From an uncultured Bacilli bacterium (GTDB taxonomy: Bacteria > Bacillota_I > Bacilli_A > RF39 > UBA660): a stretch of 64,000 nt of DNA. This document shows, piece after piece, positions 28,449 to 38,963 of the stretch. Each line of letters begins with the position of its first letter. The first letter of the stretch is position 1. A model generated the notes under the pieces. That model was not told the DNA's origin and did not search any database. It worked only from the letters and a program-made list of their open reading frames with translations. Both the position numbers and the translations under genes were made by a program. The DNA lies in the NCBI GenBank assembly GCA_947588685.1, contig CANPYM010000022.1, positions 309-64,308 of the forward strand, written 5' to 3'.

Positions 28449-29642
28449 TTATTTAACAGCTTCGTAAGCATCACGAGCAATCATTACTTCTTCATCAGTT
28501 GGAATAACATAAATTGGGCAAACTGATTTAGCGCTAGAAATAAGTCCTTCTTGTTTATCACGATATCTAGCAATGCCATCGTTAGCTTCTTCATCAACTT
28601 CAAGGCCGAGGCAGTTAAGGCGATCAATTACATCTTTTCTAAAGGCAATAGCATTTTCACCTAAACCAGCGGTAAAGATAATGGCATCAACTTTGCCCTC
28701 TAACTCAACATAGTAATCAGCTATATATTTAGCAATGCGATTAACATACATATCATTAGCAAGGAAAGCTTTTTCTTCACCACGAGCCATAGCATCTTCG
28801 ATATCACGATGATCAGAATAATCACCCGTTATACCAAGTAAGCCACTCTTTTTATTTAAAGCATTATCAACTTCTTTTTGGCTTAATCCTTTATCCATCG
28901 CATAGAAAGCTAAAGAATAGTCGATATCACCACAACGCGTACCCATCATAATACCAGCATTAGGACTAAAGCCCATCGTTGTATCATAACTCTTACCATC
29001 TTTAATAGCTGTTATACTACCACCACTACCAATATGGCAACTGATAATGTTGATATCTTCCTTATTAAGCATCTTTTTTACATATTCTGTAATGTAGCGA
29101 TGACTAGTTCCGTGGAAACCATATTTACGAATCTTATACTCTTCATACCAACTATATGGAACTGGATATAAGTAATTTACTTCTGGCATTGTTTGATGGA
29201 AAGCTGTATCAAAAATAGCAACATGAACAGCATCTTTAAAGCTTTCCATACAAGCTCTAATACCAACTAAGTTAGCTGGATTATGAAGAGGCGCTAAAGA
29301 AGAAATATCTTCAACGGTCTTAATAACACCATCATCGATAACAACAGATGCAGCATACTTATCTCCACCATGAACAACACGGTGTCCAACAGCTTTAATT
29401 TCACTTAAATCACTGATAATATTATAAGCTAACAATTCTTCAATTACTTTTTCCGTAGCTTCTTGATGATCTTTAATTAAAACATCTTTCTTTATTTTCT
29501 CACCATTTAATTTTAAGGTATAGAAACTATCCTCTAAACCAATTTTTTCAATGTAACCAGACATTAATACTTTTTCTTCTGGCATTTCATAAGCCGTAAA
29601 TTTTAGTGATGAACTTCCGGCATTTACAGATAATATTTTCAT
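28449..29642 (-). CDS. ackA: Acetate kinase
   Basis: NAGSSSLK, GHRVVHGG, APLHNPAN, FDTAFH, YGFHGTSH, FTAGLGEN and IPTDEE. Confidence 0.98.
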   Translation of the reverse strand: MKILSVNAGSSSLKFTAYEMPEEKVLMSGYIEKIGLEDSFYTLKLNGEKIKKDVLIKDHQEATEKVIEELLAYNIISDLSEIKAVGHRVVHGGDKYAASVVIDDGVIKTVEDISSLAPLHNPANLVGIRACMESFKDAVHVAIFDTAFHQTMPEVNYLYPVPYSWYEEYKIRKYGFHGTSHRYITEYVKKMLNKEDINIISCHIGSGGSITAIKDGKSYDTTMGFSPNAGIMMGTRCGDIDYSLAFYAMDKGLSQKEVDNALNKKSGLLGITGDYSDHRDIEDAMARGEEKAFLANDMYVNRIAKYIADYYVELEGKVDAIIFTAGLGENAIAFRKDVIDRLNCLGLEVDEEANDGIARYRDKQEGLISSAKSVCPIYVIPTDEEVMIARDAYEAVK

Positions 29643-29652
29643 TTTATTCCTC

Positions 29653-30069
29653 CTATTTATACTTTTTTAGTAAATCTATTAATTTATTAACATCTTCATT
29701 TTGGATATTACAACCTTTTATTACATACTTTTTTAATCCTTTATATAGTTTAATGGTCTCACAGTATCCACCTTCAACTTCGATACCAACATCCTTACCA
29801 TCTAAAGATTTTATATTATCACTAAAAGCATAATTAATTATTTCTTCATACTCTTCATGAGATAATTCTTTAGCTCTAAATCCATCTAAATCCGTTCTTG
29901 AAGAAATAATTTTTTCATCATCATATAATTCAATAACATCATAGACAGCATCTTTAACGCCACTAGCGCCACCTTGATAGCTAATAACAAGATTAGAATT
30001 TGATTCATTAGTACCTTTACTACATCCAACAAGGATTAGTAGAAACAAACATATACATATTTTCTTCAT
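29653..30069 (-). CDS. Lipoprotein, hypothetical
   Basis: MKK start, hydrophobic stretch and LVGC lipobox. Confidence 0.8.
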   Translation of the reverse strand: MKKICICLFLLILVGCSKGTNESNSNLVISYQGGASGVKDAVYDVIELYDDEKIISSRTDLDGFRAKELSHEEYEEIINYAFSDNIKSLDGKDVGIEVEGGYCETIKLYKGLKKYVIKGCNIQNEDVNKLIDLLKKYK

Positions 30070-30605
30070 TACTTTACCTCATACTCAATAACTCTTAAAT
30101 TAGGTATTTCAATTTTTGTTAAATCTCCATCTTCAGGAATGCGACCTAATAAATAATGGATAGCTCTTAAAACGGCACTATGGGCAACAACTAAAACTTT
30201 CTTATCTTTATAGCGAACACTGATGTCTTCAATAAACTCAGAAATACGTTTCATAAAGTCTTGAACTTTTTCAATGTTTTGAACGCCAGTATTTAAAATA
30301 AAATCCCAGCAATCAATTTGATCAATCGTATCAACGACGGCCCCTTCATTCATTCCCCAATCACGTTCAATAATCCGGTCATCAATATTAACAGGTAACT
30401 TGTTATCAACGATTATTTTAGCTGTATCACGAGCTCGTGAGAGAGGTGATGAGATAACAACATCAATATCTAAACTAGCAATTAGTGGTCTTAGCGTTTT
30501 CGCTTCTTCTATTCCTTCTTTGGAAAGCGGAATATCACTAATCCCCTGACAGCGATGAAGTTTATTCCACTCTGTTTGACCATGTCGTACAACATATAAT
30601 ATCAT
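30069..30605 (-). CDS. Histidine phosphatase (phosphoglycerate mutase-like) family
   Basis: RHGQT, SSPLSRA, IERDWG and VVAHSA. Confidence 0.93.
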   Translation of the reverse strand: MILYVVRHGQTEWNKLHRCQGISDIPLSKEGIEEAKTLRPLIASLDIDVVISSPLSRARDTAKIIVDNKLPVNIDDRIIERDWGMNEGAVVDTIDQIDCWDFILNTGVQNIEKVQDFMKRISEFIEDISVRYKDKKVLVVAHSAVLRAIHYLLGRIPEDGDLTKIEIPNLRVIEYEVK

Positions 30606-30619
30606 ATAATCCCCTTATT

Positions 30620-31039
30620 CTAATCATAACCTCGGTCTTTTATCTTCCACTTGCCTTTATTAGAACGAACTAGTACCCATTCATAATCATCATAAGTCGT
30701 ATTTTTATTTAACCCGAGATCAGAAACATCATCATTTGTCTCAAATGTAGTTGTTATAATGATACATTCATCGGCATTATAGCTATCAGCATATTCATCA
30801 CCAGAAAGAAAAGTTTCATCTTCATCAAAAGCGATGACTTTTAAGGTGCAGCCGGTGTAGTCTTTCTTAAATGTTTCAATAACAACATCCATAGCAGCTT
30901 CAATATCCTCACGGCTATAAAACTCCGAATCTTCAATTATTTTTTCATAATCATCAACACTAGTATTCGTATCCTGACAAGCCGGAAGACTTATGACAAT
31001 AACTATTACCCATAAATAGTTAAGAACTTTTTTAAGCAT
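30620..31039 (-). CDS. Lipoprotein, DUF4829-like
   Basis: LPAC lipobox; DIEAAMDVV...YEWVLVR...WKIKDRGY. Confidence 0.65.
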   Translation of the reverse strand: MLKKVLNYLWVIVIVISLPACQDTNTSVDDYEKIIEDSEFYSREDIEAAMDVVIETFKKDYTGCTLKVIAFDEDETFLSGDEYADSYNADECIIITTTFETNDDVSDLGLNKNTTYDDYEWVLVRSNKGKWKIKDRGYD

Positions 31040-32520
31040 TAGTTTCTTTCTTTCATGGTTGGGAATAAGATAACATCTCTAATAGAGTCTTGTTCTAGAA
31101 ATAACATACATAACCGGTCAATACCATAACCGATACCACCGGCTGGTGGCATACCATATTCTAAGGCTTCAATGAAGTCCATATCGATATCGTTAGCTTC
31201 ATCATTACCTAAATCACGTTCTTTTAACTGGTCTTCAAAACGTTCAAGTTGGACAATTGGATTGTTAAGTTCCGTGTAAGCATTAGCAAACTCTTTCCCA
31301 CCGATAAATAATTCAAAGCGATCAACAAATCTTGGGTCGTCAGGATTATTTTTCGTAAGTGGGGAAATCTCAACCGGATGACCATAAAGGAACGTTGGTT
31401 GAACTAATTTTTCTTCAACATATTTTTCAAAGAAAGCATTAATAATATGACCAACACCGAAGTGATCCTCTACTTCAATATTATGTTCTTTAGCTAAGGA
31501 TTTAGCTTCATCTAAAGTCATTTCTTTCTTGAAATCAATACCCGTTTCTTCTTTGATAGCATCGACCATACTAATTCTTTTCCAAGGCCCTTCAAGATTG
31601 ATTTCATTACCACACCAATTATAAGTCATCTTACCAAAGACTTTACGAGCGATTTCTTGGAACATAGCCTCCGTTTGATCCATCATTCCATCTAAATCAG
31701 AATAAGCAAGATAAGCTTCCATTAAAGTGAACTCGGGATTATGTTTAGGATCCATTCCTTCGTTTCTAAAAACACGACCTATTTCATAGACAGCTTCCAT
31801 ACCACCAACTAATAATCTTTTAAGTGGTAACTCTAAAGCAATCCTTAAATACATATCCAAATCTTGCGTATTGTGATGCGTTACAAAAGGACGCGCAGCA
31901 GCTCCGGTTAAAAGAGTTGTTAAAACGGGTGTTTCAACTTCCGTATAACCTAAATTATCCATAAATTGTTGAATACAACGAATAATTTTTGGCCTTAAGA
32001 AAGCGACCCTTTTAGCGTCTTCATTCATAATTAAGTCAACATAACGACGACGATAACGCTCCTCAATGTCTGTTAGACCATGGAATTTCTCTGGTAATGG
32101 TCTTAAGGCTTTAACTAAATGAACATATTTAAAAGCTTTAACAGATAATTCGCCGGTATGCGTTACAAACAATGTTCCTTCGATTCCAACGATATCACCG
32201 ATGTCAGCTTTATTAAATAATTCATAGTTTTCTTCACCAACATTATCCAGTTTCATATATATTTGAATTTGACCATCACGGTCTTGGATGTGCATAAATC
32301 CGGCTTTACCCTTACCACGTTTAGTCATAATCCGTCCCGCTACTTTGACATTAACACCCATCTCTTCTAATTCTTCATTAGTTTTAGTAGCGTATTCTTT
32401 AATGATTTCACCTGATGTGTGCGTCCGATCAAAACGATGTCCAAAAGGATCCATACCAGCTGAGGCGATAGCATTCGCTTTTTCACGTCTGACTAACTCT
32501 TGTTCTGTAAGTTCGCGCAT
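31039..32520 (-). CDS. lysS: Lysyl-tRNA synthetase (class II)
   Basis: [31 protein letters not shown]...HNPEF and [15 protein letters not shown]. Confidence 0.98.
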   Translation of the reverse strand: MRELTEQELVRREKANAIASAGMDPFGHRFDRTHTSGEIIKEYATKTNEELEEMGVNVKVAGRIMTKRGKGKAGFMHIQDRDGQIQIYMKLDNVGEENYELFNKADIGDIVGIEGTLFVTHTGELSVKAFKYVHLVKALRPLPEKFHGLTDIEERYRRRYVDLIMNEDAKRVAFLRPKIIRCIQQFMDNLGYTEVETPVLTTLLTGAAARPFVTHHNTQDLDMYLRIALELPLKRLLVGGMEAVYEIGRVFRNEGMDPKHNPEFTLMEAYLAYSDLDGMMDQTEAMFQEIARKVFGKMTYNWCGNEINLEGPWKRISMVDAIKEETGIDFKKEMTLDEAKSLAKEHNIEVEDHFGVGHIINAFFEKYVEEKLVQPTFLYGHPVEISPLTKNNPDDPRFVDRFELFIGGKEFANAYTELNNPIVQLERFEDQLKERDLGNDEANDIDMDFIEALEYGMPPAGGIGYGIDRLCMLFLEQDSIRDVILFPTMKERN

Positions 32521-32592
32521 TTTCTCACTTCCTTTTCTTAATTGCGTTTTTTACTCTTATATAATATCAAAAAAACACTATAAATACTAGTG

Positions 32593-33192
32593 TTATTGAT
32601 GATTTTTTACCTTAATAATTTTTGCCATTTCCGTGTTGCTAAGGATATCTTGAAGTCCTCTTTTGTTTTTGGTAAACATAATCATATTAGCTGAAAAAAC
32701 CGCTAACACAATTTGAAGAAGACCGACGATTGAGATAACTAAAAAATAGTATTTGCTAGGTAATATATATATACCTAGAGTCCTAATTAATAAGTAACCA
32801 AGTCCGATGACAATAAAATTACGGATAAATAGTTGATGTAAGAAAAGATATCCTTTATCAAAACGTTCAACTTGAATACCATTAATATAAGTACCAATGG
32901 TTCTTCCCTTCCATAAAAAAGGCAGTAACACGAAATAACATAAGATAAAAATTAAATATATAATGTTAACAATTTTTTGCTCTTTATCTAAATTATAGAC
33001 AACCTCACCATATTCTGTAAAATAGTCTTCAAAAGTTATATTTCTTTGCATATAATTTTCGGTTATTTCATTTTGTTCTGCTTCTAAAGCTTTCACACTT
33101 CTCGTTTTAGGAACAGCTACATTAATAAGATAAAAAGCTAGAGCCATAATGATAAAATCAATGATAAAAGCTCTAAATCGTTTGATGCGCAT
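32593..33192 (-). CDS. RDD-family membrane protein
   Basis: KRFRAFIID, G-R-T-I-G and R-G-L-Q-D pattern. Confidence 0.85.
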   Translation of the reverse strand: MRIKRFRAFIIDFIIMALAFYLINVAVPKTRSVKALEAEQNEITENYMQRNITFEDYFTEYGEVVYNLDKEQKIVNIIYLIFILCYFVLLPFLWKGRTIGTYINGIQVERFDKGYLFLHQLFIRNFIVIGLGYLLIRTLGIYILPSKYYFLVISIVGLLQIVLAVFSANMIMFTKNKRGLQDILSNTEMAKIIKVKNHQ

Positions 33193-34162
33193 AATAATCC
33201 TCCATATAATTATCTAATAATGATAATAACTCTTCTTTAGTTTGCGTCTTAAAAATAGCCATTTTAAGTTCTTTACCTTTAGGTAAACCTTTTAAGTAAT
33301 ATGCCGCGTGCGTTCTAATTTCTAACATAGCTACTTTATAAGGCTTCGTTTCTAATAAATTATTTAAATGGTGTTTAATCATATTTATTTTATCTTGAAT
33401 AGTTACTTCTTTAGGAATAATACCCTTTTCAATATAATCAATACATTCTTTAATAAGCCAAGGATTACCTAAGACGCCTCTTCCTATCATCACCGCATCA
33501 CAACCGGTTTCTTTTAACATTCTTGAAGCATCATAACAGCTTTTAACATCACCATTACCAATGACGGGTATCGATACATTTTCCTTTACTTCTCTTATAA
33601 TATTCCAATCAGCTTTACCGGCATATCCTTGCTTTCTCGTTCTAGGATGAACACTAATGGCACTAGCACCAGCCGCCTCGATTTGTTTAGCTATTTGAAC
33701 GGCATTAATACTATTTTCATCCCAGCCACTTCTTATTTTGACTGTTACCGGAATCGATACACTAGATACAACTGCCTTAACAATTTCATAGACTTTATCA
33801 GGATCTTTTAATAAGGCACTCCCGGCTTGCGCTCTTAAGGCAACTTTGGGAACAGGACACCCCATATTGATATCGATAATATCAGGATGCATAACCTTTT
33901 CAACATATTTAGCGGCAATAACAAAAGATTCAACATCACTACCAAATATCTGTTGGACGATTGGTCTTTCATCTTCGGTCATATAAAGAAGTTCTTGGGT
34001 CTTTTTATTTTCATACATTAAGGCTTTATCACTAACCATCTCAGCGACCATCAAGCCACAACCCATTTCTTTAATAATCCTCCGGTAAGCATTATTACAA
34101 ATGCCCGCCATTGGCGCTAAAACGATTTGATTTTGAATTTCAACATTACCAATCTTCCACAT
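33173..34162 (-). CDS. dusB: tRNA-dihydrouridine synthase DusB
   Basis: LAPMAG, IDINMGCP, VKIRSGW, HPRT, GNGD and MIGRG. Start moved to ATG 34162 (MWKIG) behind GAGGT. Confidence 0.95.
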   Translation of the reverse strand: MWKIGNVEIQNQIVLAPMAGICNNAYRRIIKEMGCGLMVAEMVSDKALMYENKKTQELLYMTEDERPIVQQIFGSDVESFVIAAKYVEKVMHPDIIDINMGCPVPKVALRAQAGSALLKDPDKVYEIVKAVVSSVSIPVTVKIRSGWDENSINAVQIAKQIEAAGASAISVHPRTRKQGYAGKADWNIIREVKENVSIPVIGNGDVKSCYDASRMLKETGCDAVMIGRGVLGNPWLIKECIDYIEKGIIPKEVTIQDKINMIKHHLNNLLETKPYKVAMLEIRTHAAYYLKGLPKGKELKMAIFKTQTKEELLSLLDNYMEDYYAHQTI

Positions 34163-34226
34163 TTTTATTACCTCTAGTAATAGTATACAAGAAAAGGAAA
34201 CAAAAAAAAAGAGAATAATCTCTTCA

Positions 34227-34469
34227 TTAAAACATTTTATCAACATCTTTAGGAACATTATCATTCATAACTGCATTAACGATTTTATTTTCTTGTTCTG
34301 TTGATACCGACTTACCCGTCATCGCACTTAATTTATGAATAACATTACGCAAAGTATGTTCATTTTTTAAATCATTATCCTGCAACTCTTTAGCTAGTTC
34401 TAAAATTGTATTTTTATCAACCTTAGTCCGTTTTTCAATACGATTAAACAATCCATCAGAAAAAGCCAT
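34227..34469 (-). CDS. spoVIF: Stage VI sporulation protein F
   Basis: LFNRIEKRTKVD...LAKELQ..DLKNE..LRNVI..LS....K.VS...ENKIV matches B. subtilis SpoVIF as I recall it (FFKNIEKKT.VN...LANSLQ..NFKDE..VR.VI); SD AGGAGG. Confidence 0.82.
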   Translation of the reverse strand: MAFSDGLFNRIEKRTKVDKNTILELAKELQDNDLKNEHTLRNVIHKLSAMTGKSVSTEQENKIVNAVMNDNVPKDVDKMF

Positions 34470-34486
34470 ACCTACCTCCTAAGAAT

Positions 34487-34494
34487 AGTATATG
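34487..34494 (-). promoter_or_regulatory. SigK/SigE-type -10 box (CATATACT) upstream of spoVIF
   Basis: CATATACT a few nt before the SD, identical to the octamer upstream of sigK; no clear -35. Confidence 0.5.
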
Positions 34495-34515
34495 CAAAAA
34501 AGAAAAAAGCAACAA

Positions 34516-35115
34516 TTATTTTGTTGCTAAATGACGTGGTTTCTTCAAACATTTAAAGCCAAGATTAGTTAATTCTTTCATGGTTACTAGATGACTATTT
34601 AAGGCAAACTTAATGGTATATTCACTGCCATTGATTCGAACATAAATACAATTGCTTTGCATCGTCCGAAAATAATAAGTGTACTCGCTATCTTGGTAAA
34701 ACTCATCTAACGCCTGTAAGCTATTACTACCACATTTATTTACTATTTGCATTTTGCCAGTTGTAACAACTCCTTCATCCTTTAAAGGAATATTGGGAAT
34801 AGTAACAGGCTTGTTGGCATTACTATTTACGTTAGTATTACTATTACTAGTACTAGTTACATTACTATTCGAATTACTATTACTATTTGAAGTTGGTGCT
34901 GGACTTATATTATTACTTTCATTAGATTCCTGTTCATCCTTATTGTCATCTTTCTTAGCTACATCATCTATTCTAACACCCTCATCGTTTGTTAAAGGGC
35001 GGGTATTAGATGTTTCTTTATTTTTAAAAGAAAATGAACTAATAAAAATGCCAGCTATAGCAATACATATAACTATTAAAATAACACTACTACTAAAATA
35101 CTTCTTTTTTTGCAC
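34516..35115 (-). CDS. Membrane-anchored hypothetical protein with Ser/Asn-rich linker
   Basis: N-terminal TM, SNSNSNSN low-complexity stretch and C-terminal domain with C...C. Confidence 0.75.
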   Translation of the reverse strand: MQKKKYFSSSVILIVICIAIAGIFISSFSFKNKETSNTRPLTNDEGVRIDDVAKKDDNKDEQESNESNNISPAPTSNSNSNSNSNVTSTSNSNTNVNSNANKPVTIPNIPLKDEGVVTTGKMQIVNKCGSNSLQALDEFYQDSEYTYYFRTMQSNCIYVRINGSEYTIKFALNSHLVTMKELTNLGFKCLKKPRHLATK

Positions 35116-35117
35116 AA

Positions 35118-36425
35118 CTATTCTCCTTTGTTTTTAAATTGTAAGACGATTGGCGTACCCGTAAAATCAAAAGCCTCTCTAATCTTATTTTCTAAATAAC
35201 GCTCATAAGAAAAATGAACTAAACCCTTACTATTAACTTGAATATTAAATGTTGGTGGTTGGACACTAACTTGATTAGCAAAATATATTTTAAGTCTTTT
35301 ACCTTTATAACTAGGTGGTAAATTAAGATCATAAGCATCCGTTATAACATTATTTAAAAGACTCGTCTTAATTTCTTTTTTACTATTTTCATAAGCTTTT
35401 AAAACTTCCGGCATAAGCGTATGAATCCGTTTTCTCGTTTTAGCTGATAAAAAGACAATTGGGGCGTAACTTACAAATTGAAACTGCGCTTCGATATCAT
35501 TTTTCCATTTTCGCATAGCGCTATCTTTATCATTTATCGTATCCCATTTATTAACAACAATAACAAGGGCTTTACCGGCTTCAATCGCATATCCGGCAAT
35601 ATGTTTATCGTGTTCAATAATACCTTCTTCAGCATTAATAACAAGGCAGCATACATCCGAGCGATCAATAGCTTTCATACTTCGAAGAAGGCTGTAACGC
35701 TCAATACTTTCATATACTTTACCTTTTTTACGCATACCAGCTGTATCAATAACAACACATTCTTCACCATGATAAGTAAACGTGGTATCAATCGCATCTC
35801 TTGTTGTTCCTGCTACTTCACTTACAATAACACGTTCTTCATTAAGTAAGGCATTTACTAAACTGCTTTTACCAACATTCGGGCGGCCTATAATAGAAAA
35901 CTTAAGCATATTTCTATATTCTTCACTGACAGGCTCGAACTCTTTAACCACTTCTTCAAGAAGATCAATAATGCCAATATTATGTTCACCACTAACTTTA
36001 AAATACTTTTCAAATCCTAGTTCATAAAACTCGTATTCCGTTTCATTAATTTTACTGTTATCACACTTATTAATAGCGACAATGACTTTTTTATTGGCTT
36101 TCATAAGCATATCACGGACAGCAAAATCATTAGCGGTTAAGCCTTCTTTCGCATCAACAACAAAGATGATAACATCCGCTTCATCAATGGCAAGTTCAGT
36201 TTGAACTTTAATTTCATCATTAAAAGTGGCATTTTCTAAATCAATTCCCCCTGTATCAATCAAGTGGAAATTATAATCTTTATATTCAACACTTCCATAC
36301 AAACGATCTCTTGTTATACCGGGCGTATCCTCGATGATGGCCATTTTCTTACCAACCAATCGATTAAAGATTGTACTTTTACCAACATTCGGACGTCCTA
36401 GTAAAGCGACAACTGGTTTTTTCAT
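35118..36425 (-). CDS. der: Ribosome biogenesis GTPase Der (EngA)
   Basis: Two G domains (GRPNVGKS x2, DTGG/DTAG, NKCD/NKWD) and a KH-like C-terminus. Confidence 0.98.
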   Translation of the reverse strand: MKKPVVALLGRPNVGKSTIFNRLVGKKMAIIEDTPGITRDRLYGSVEYKDYNFHLIDTGGIDLENATFNDEIKVQTELAIDEADVIIFVVDAKEGLTANDFAVRDMLMKANKKVIVAINKCDNSKINETEYEFYELGFEKYFKVSGEHNIGIIDLLEEVVKEFEPVSEEYRNMLKFSIIGRPNVGKSSLVNALLNEERVIVSEVAGTTRDAIDTTFTYHGEECVVIDTAGMRKKGKVYESIERYSLLRSMKAIDRSDVCCLVINAEEGIIEHDKHIAGYAIEAGKALVIVVNKWDTINDKDSAMRKWKNDIEAQFQFVSYAPIVFLSAKTRKRIHTLMPEVLKAYENSKKEIKTSLLNNVITDAYDLNLPPSYKGKRLKIYFANQVSVQPPTFNIQVNSKGLVHFSYERYLENKIREAFDFTGTPIVLQFKNKGE

Positions 36426-36475
36426 ACCATCATCCCTCTTTCTGGGAGTATTATATCATAGTTTTCTTTATTATT

Positions 36476-37477
36476 CTAGCCAGAAAAAATAGTATTAAGA
36501 GCTTGCCCTAAAAGATGGGATAACAAAGAAATAATATAGTCAATTTCATTAGGCGTCACGATAAGATTATAGCCGATAGGTGTTAAAACATCATTAAGTA
36601 AGGCTTTTAATTCAGAACCATTTAATTTGCCCACCAGTCCTAATAAAGATTCTTTATCTTCTTCCTTAATATGAATATCTTCTTTTAAGTAATTATGATT
36701 AATCATTAACTTATATTTGGGTTTATCTATATTTTCTTTCGCATAGACATAATGTTTAATCATATAGTTGATCGTATCACTTACAATCGTTATCGCATCA
36801 ACAACAGTAGGTATGCCAATCGCAATAACGGGAATATTTAGAGTATCGATGCTTATTTCCTTACGCCGATTACCAATGCCACTGCCTGGGAAGATACCAC
36901 TATCGGTTATTTGAATAGTTTTATTTAATCGTTCTAAGGCATTACTAGCTAGTGAATCAATCACAATAATTAGTTTAGGCTTGATACTATCTGCAATACT
37001 TTTAATAATCATACTAGTCTCAAGACCCGTTTTTCCCATTACACTAGGTGTAATGGCGGCAACCCGTTGGTAATTTTTATCCACAACCCCTAATTCATAT
37101 AAGTGGTTAGTTACTTCTACAGCATCAATAGTAAGAGGACCTAAGGAATCGGGAGTCGATGTATCATTACCAAGACCAATAACAAGAACCAAATCTTCCT
37201 TACTATCTAATTTAATAAATGTCTTTAACTCATCAGTGAGAACTTTTAAAACTTTATTTTTATTCGTCGTATCCGTCACATCTTCAAACTCAATAGTCAC
37301 GTATTTTCCAACTTTTTTATCAATTAATTTACTACTTTCCTCATCAACTACTATCTCTGTCACACTAACATTACCGATACTTCTTTTTTTCGAAATTAAT
37401 CCATCAACATTTTCCGTAGCTTCAATTAATAAATCACTCCGCAAATTATAATTAGCTAAGTCTACTTCATGCTTCAT
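36476..37477 (-). CDS. gpr: Spore germination protease GPR
   Basis: RSDLLIEA, GKYVTIE, VIGLGN..STPDSLGP, TGLET, IVIDSLAS, IQITDSGIFPGSGIGN, IAIGIPTVVDA and VTPNEID; divergent from rpsT as in spore formers. Confidence 0.95.
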   Translation of the reverse strand: MKHEVDLANYNLRSDLLIEATENVDGLISKKRSIGNVSVTEIVVDEESSKLIDKKVGKYVTIEFEDVTDTTNKNKVLKVLTDELKTFIKLDSKEDLVLVIGLGNDTSTPDSLGPLTIDAVEVTNHLYELGVVDKNYQRVAAITPSVMGKTGLETSMIIKSIADSIKPKLIIVIDSLASNALERLNKTIQITDSGIFPGSGIGNRRKEISIDTLNIPVIAIGIPTVVDAITIVSDTINYMIKHYVYAKENIDKPKYKLMINHNYLKEDIHIKEEDKESLLGLVGKLNGSELKALLNDVLTPIGYNLIVTPNEIDYIISLLSHLLGQALNTIFSG

Positions 37478-37518
37478 CTAATCACCCTTAATATTTTTTA
37501 CAAAATAGCTTATTTTAT

Positions 37519-37547
37519 TTGCAATTTAAGAAAAGTTTTGCTAAAAT
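37519..37547 (+). promoter_or_regulatory. SigA promoter of rpsT
   Basis: TTGCAA-17 nt-TAAAAT with TG extended -10. Confidence 0.75.
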
Positions 37548-37577
37548 ATGTATGTATGTGACTTGGAGGTGAAAATT

Positions 37578-37841
37578 ATGCCAAATTTAAAAAACGCTGA
37601 AAAGAGAATTTTAGTAAATATCAAAAAAGAAGAAAATAATAATCGTTATGCAGCAACGATGAAAAACGCTATTAAGAAAGTTGACAAAGCTGTTGCTAAT
37701 AAAAATAAAGAAGAGGCTGCTGAAGCTTTAAAAGTTGCTACCAAAGCTATTGATAAAGCTTGTGAAGCTGGAGTTACAAGTAAAAATACAGCCGCTCGTA
37801 ATAAATCTCGTCTTACAAAAAAAGTTAGTGAAATGGAGTAA
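37578..37841 (+). CDS. rpsT: 30S ribosomal protein S20
   Basis: MPNLKNAEKR...IDKA...G....NTAARNKSRL; start at 37578 behind GGAGG; hairpin GGAGTA-aaa-TACTCC followed by T run at the stop. Confidence 0.95.
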   Translation: MPNLKNAEKRILVNIKKEENNNRYAATMKNAIKKVDKAVANKNKEEAAEALKVATKAIDKACEAGVTSKNTAARNKSRLTKKVSEME

Positions 37842-37892
37842 AATACTCCTTTTTTTTGTCTCGATATGATACAATTAAAATGGTGATAATTT

Positions 37893-38843
37893 ATGAAGCA
37901 TAAAATCCTTAAAATATTAGCTAACGTTATCTTTTTTGCTTTAATTATCCTAATTGTCATCTATAATAAGGAAATCTCAACTTTTATTGTTGAAAAGTTT
38001 ATTTATAATGAAGATGCAACGATTGAAATTACTAAAAATGCGTATGCCTTAAATACTAATTACGAGTATGTTCAAATTACCGATGATTTTGTTGCTAAAG
38101 ATTATCAGCAACTATTAAATATCATTTATACCATTCTAGATAGTGGTGAGGATGAGTTTTATTTCTTCTGTGATCGTAAATACAAAAACTGTCTAAATGA
38201 TATTGATGCACTTATTCCTAGCAGTGATAAAAATGACACATATGATGTTTTAGATGATATCAATAATTTAGTTCATCCATACAATTCGTATCATCGTCTA
38301 ACGGCTGCTATCAACAATTATGGTAAAATTATTATCAAAGTTGAAAAGCAATATGATGCTGATGAAATAGAATATGTTAATGATAAAATATCTGAAATTG
38401 AAAAGACCGCTATCAAAGATGATTTATCAACGACGGATAAAATCAAAGCCTTCCACGACTATATTATCAATAATACGATGTATGATAAAGAAACAGCCGC
38501 TAATATGGATAACTATGATTATGAAGTAAGTGAAAGTCATACAGCTGTAGGCTTACTTAAAAATCATCTTGCTTTATGTGGTGGATATAGTGATATTATG
38601 TCTATTTATATGACCAAATTAGGTGTTCCAAATATTCGAATATCTGCTGATAAACACGTTTGGAATCTTGCCTATACAAATAAGCAGTGGTTACATTTGG
38701 ACGCTACTTGGGATGATCCAGTTACCAATACCGGTGCGCAAATTCTTATCGATGAATATTTCTTAATTGATACACCAACTCTATTTAAACTAGATAGTGA
38801 AAAGCATAATTATAATAAAAAGTTCTATTTAGAAGCTAATTAA
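37893..38843 (+). CDS. Membrane-anchored transglutaminase-like (Cys-His-Asp) protein
   Basis: N-terminal TM; AFHDYII, LCGGY (Cys), HVWN (His) and LDATWDD (Asp). Confidence 0.88.
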   Translation: MKHKILKILANVIFFALIILIVIYNKEISTFIVEKFIYNEDATIEITKNAYALNTNYEYVQITDDFVAKDYQQLLNIIYTILDSGEDEFYFFCDRKYKNCLNDIDALIPSSDKNDTYDVLDDINNLVHPYNSYHRLTAAINNYGKIIIKVEKQYDADEIEYVNDKISEIEKTAIKDDLSTTDKIKAFHDYIINNTMYDKETAANMDNYDYEVSESHTAVGLLKNHLALCGGYSDIMSIYMTKLGVPNIRISADKHVWNLAYTNKQWLHLDATWDDPVTNTGAQILIDEYFLIDTPTLFKLDSEKHNYNKKFYLEAN

Positions 38844-38868
38844 AACCGCACTAGTTGTGTGGTTTTTT
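38842..38868 (+). terminator. Intrinsic terminator
   Basis: AAAACCGCAC-tagtt-GTGTGGTTTTTT. Confidence 0.75.
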
Positions 38869-38933
38869 GGTGCAATAAAAAGAGTCCCACCCAGCAAGGA
38901 GGACTCATAAATACATTATATACAATTAATGGG

Positions 38934-38963
38934 AAAAAAGAAAGATTGTTTTGAACAATCTTT
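38934..38963 (-). terminator. tig intrinsic terminator
   Basis: AAAGATTGTT-3 nt-AACAATCTTT followed by a T run on the minus strand. Confidence 0.75.

Noticed and set aside
32521-32592. Possible T-box or riboswitch leader before lysS
   Set aside because: The gap is only about 70 nt and holds just a terminator and promoter-like AT-rich sequence; no T-box motif
34820-34900. TTACTA-like microsatellite as a contingency locus
   Set aside because: Imperfect, in-frame, and simply encodes the Ser/Asn linker
34754-35137. 127-aa hydrophobic plus-strand ORF
   Set aside because: Antisense to a Ser/Asn-rich coding region, which generates Leu/Val runs; no SD
37478-37520. SigF/SigG promoter for gpr
   Set aside because: An AATATTA -10-like box is present but there is no GYATA -35 at proper spacing; cannot be distinguished from AT-rich background
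37646-37960. 104-aa minus-strand ORF
   Set aside because: Antisense shadow of rpsT
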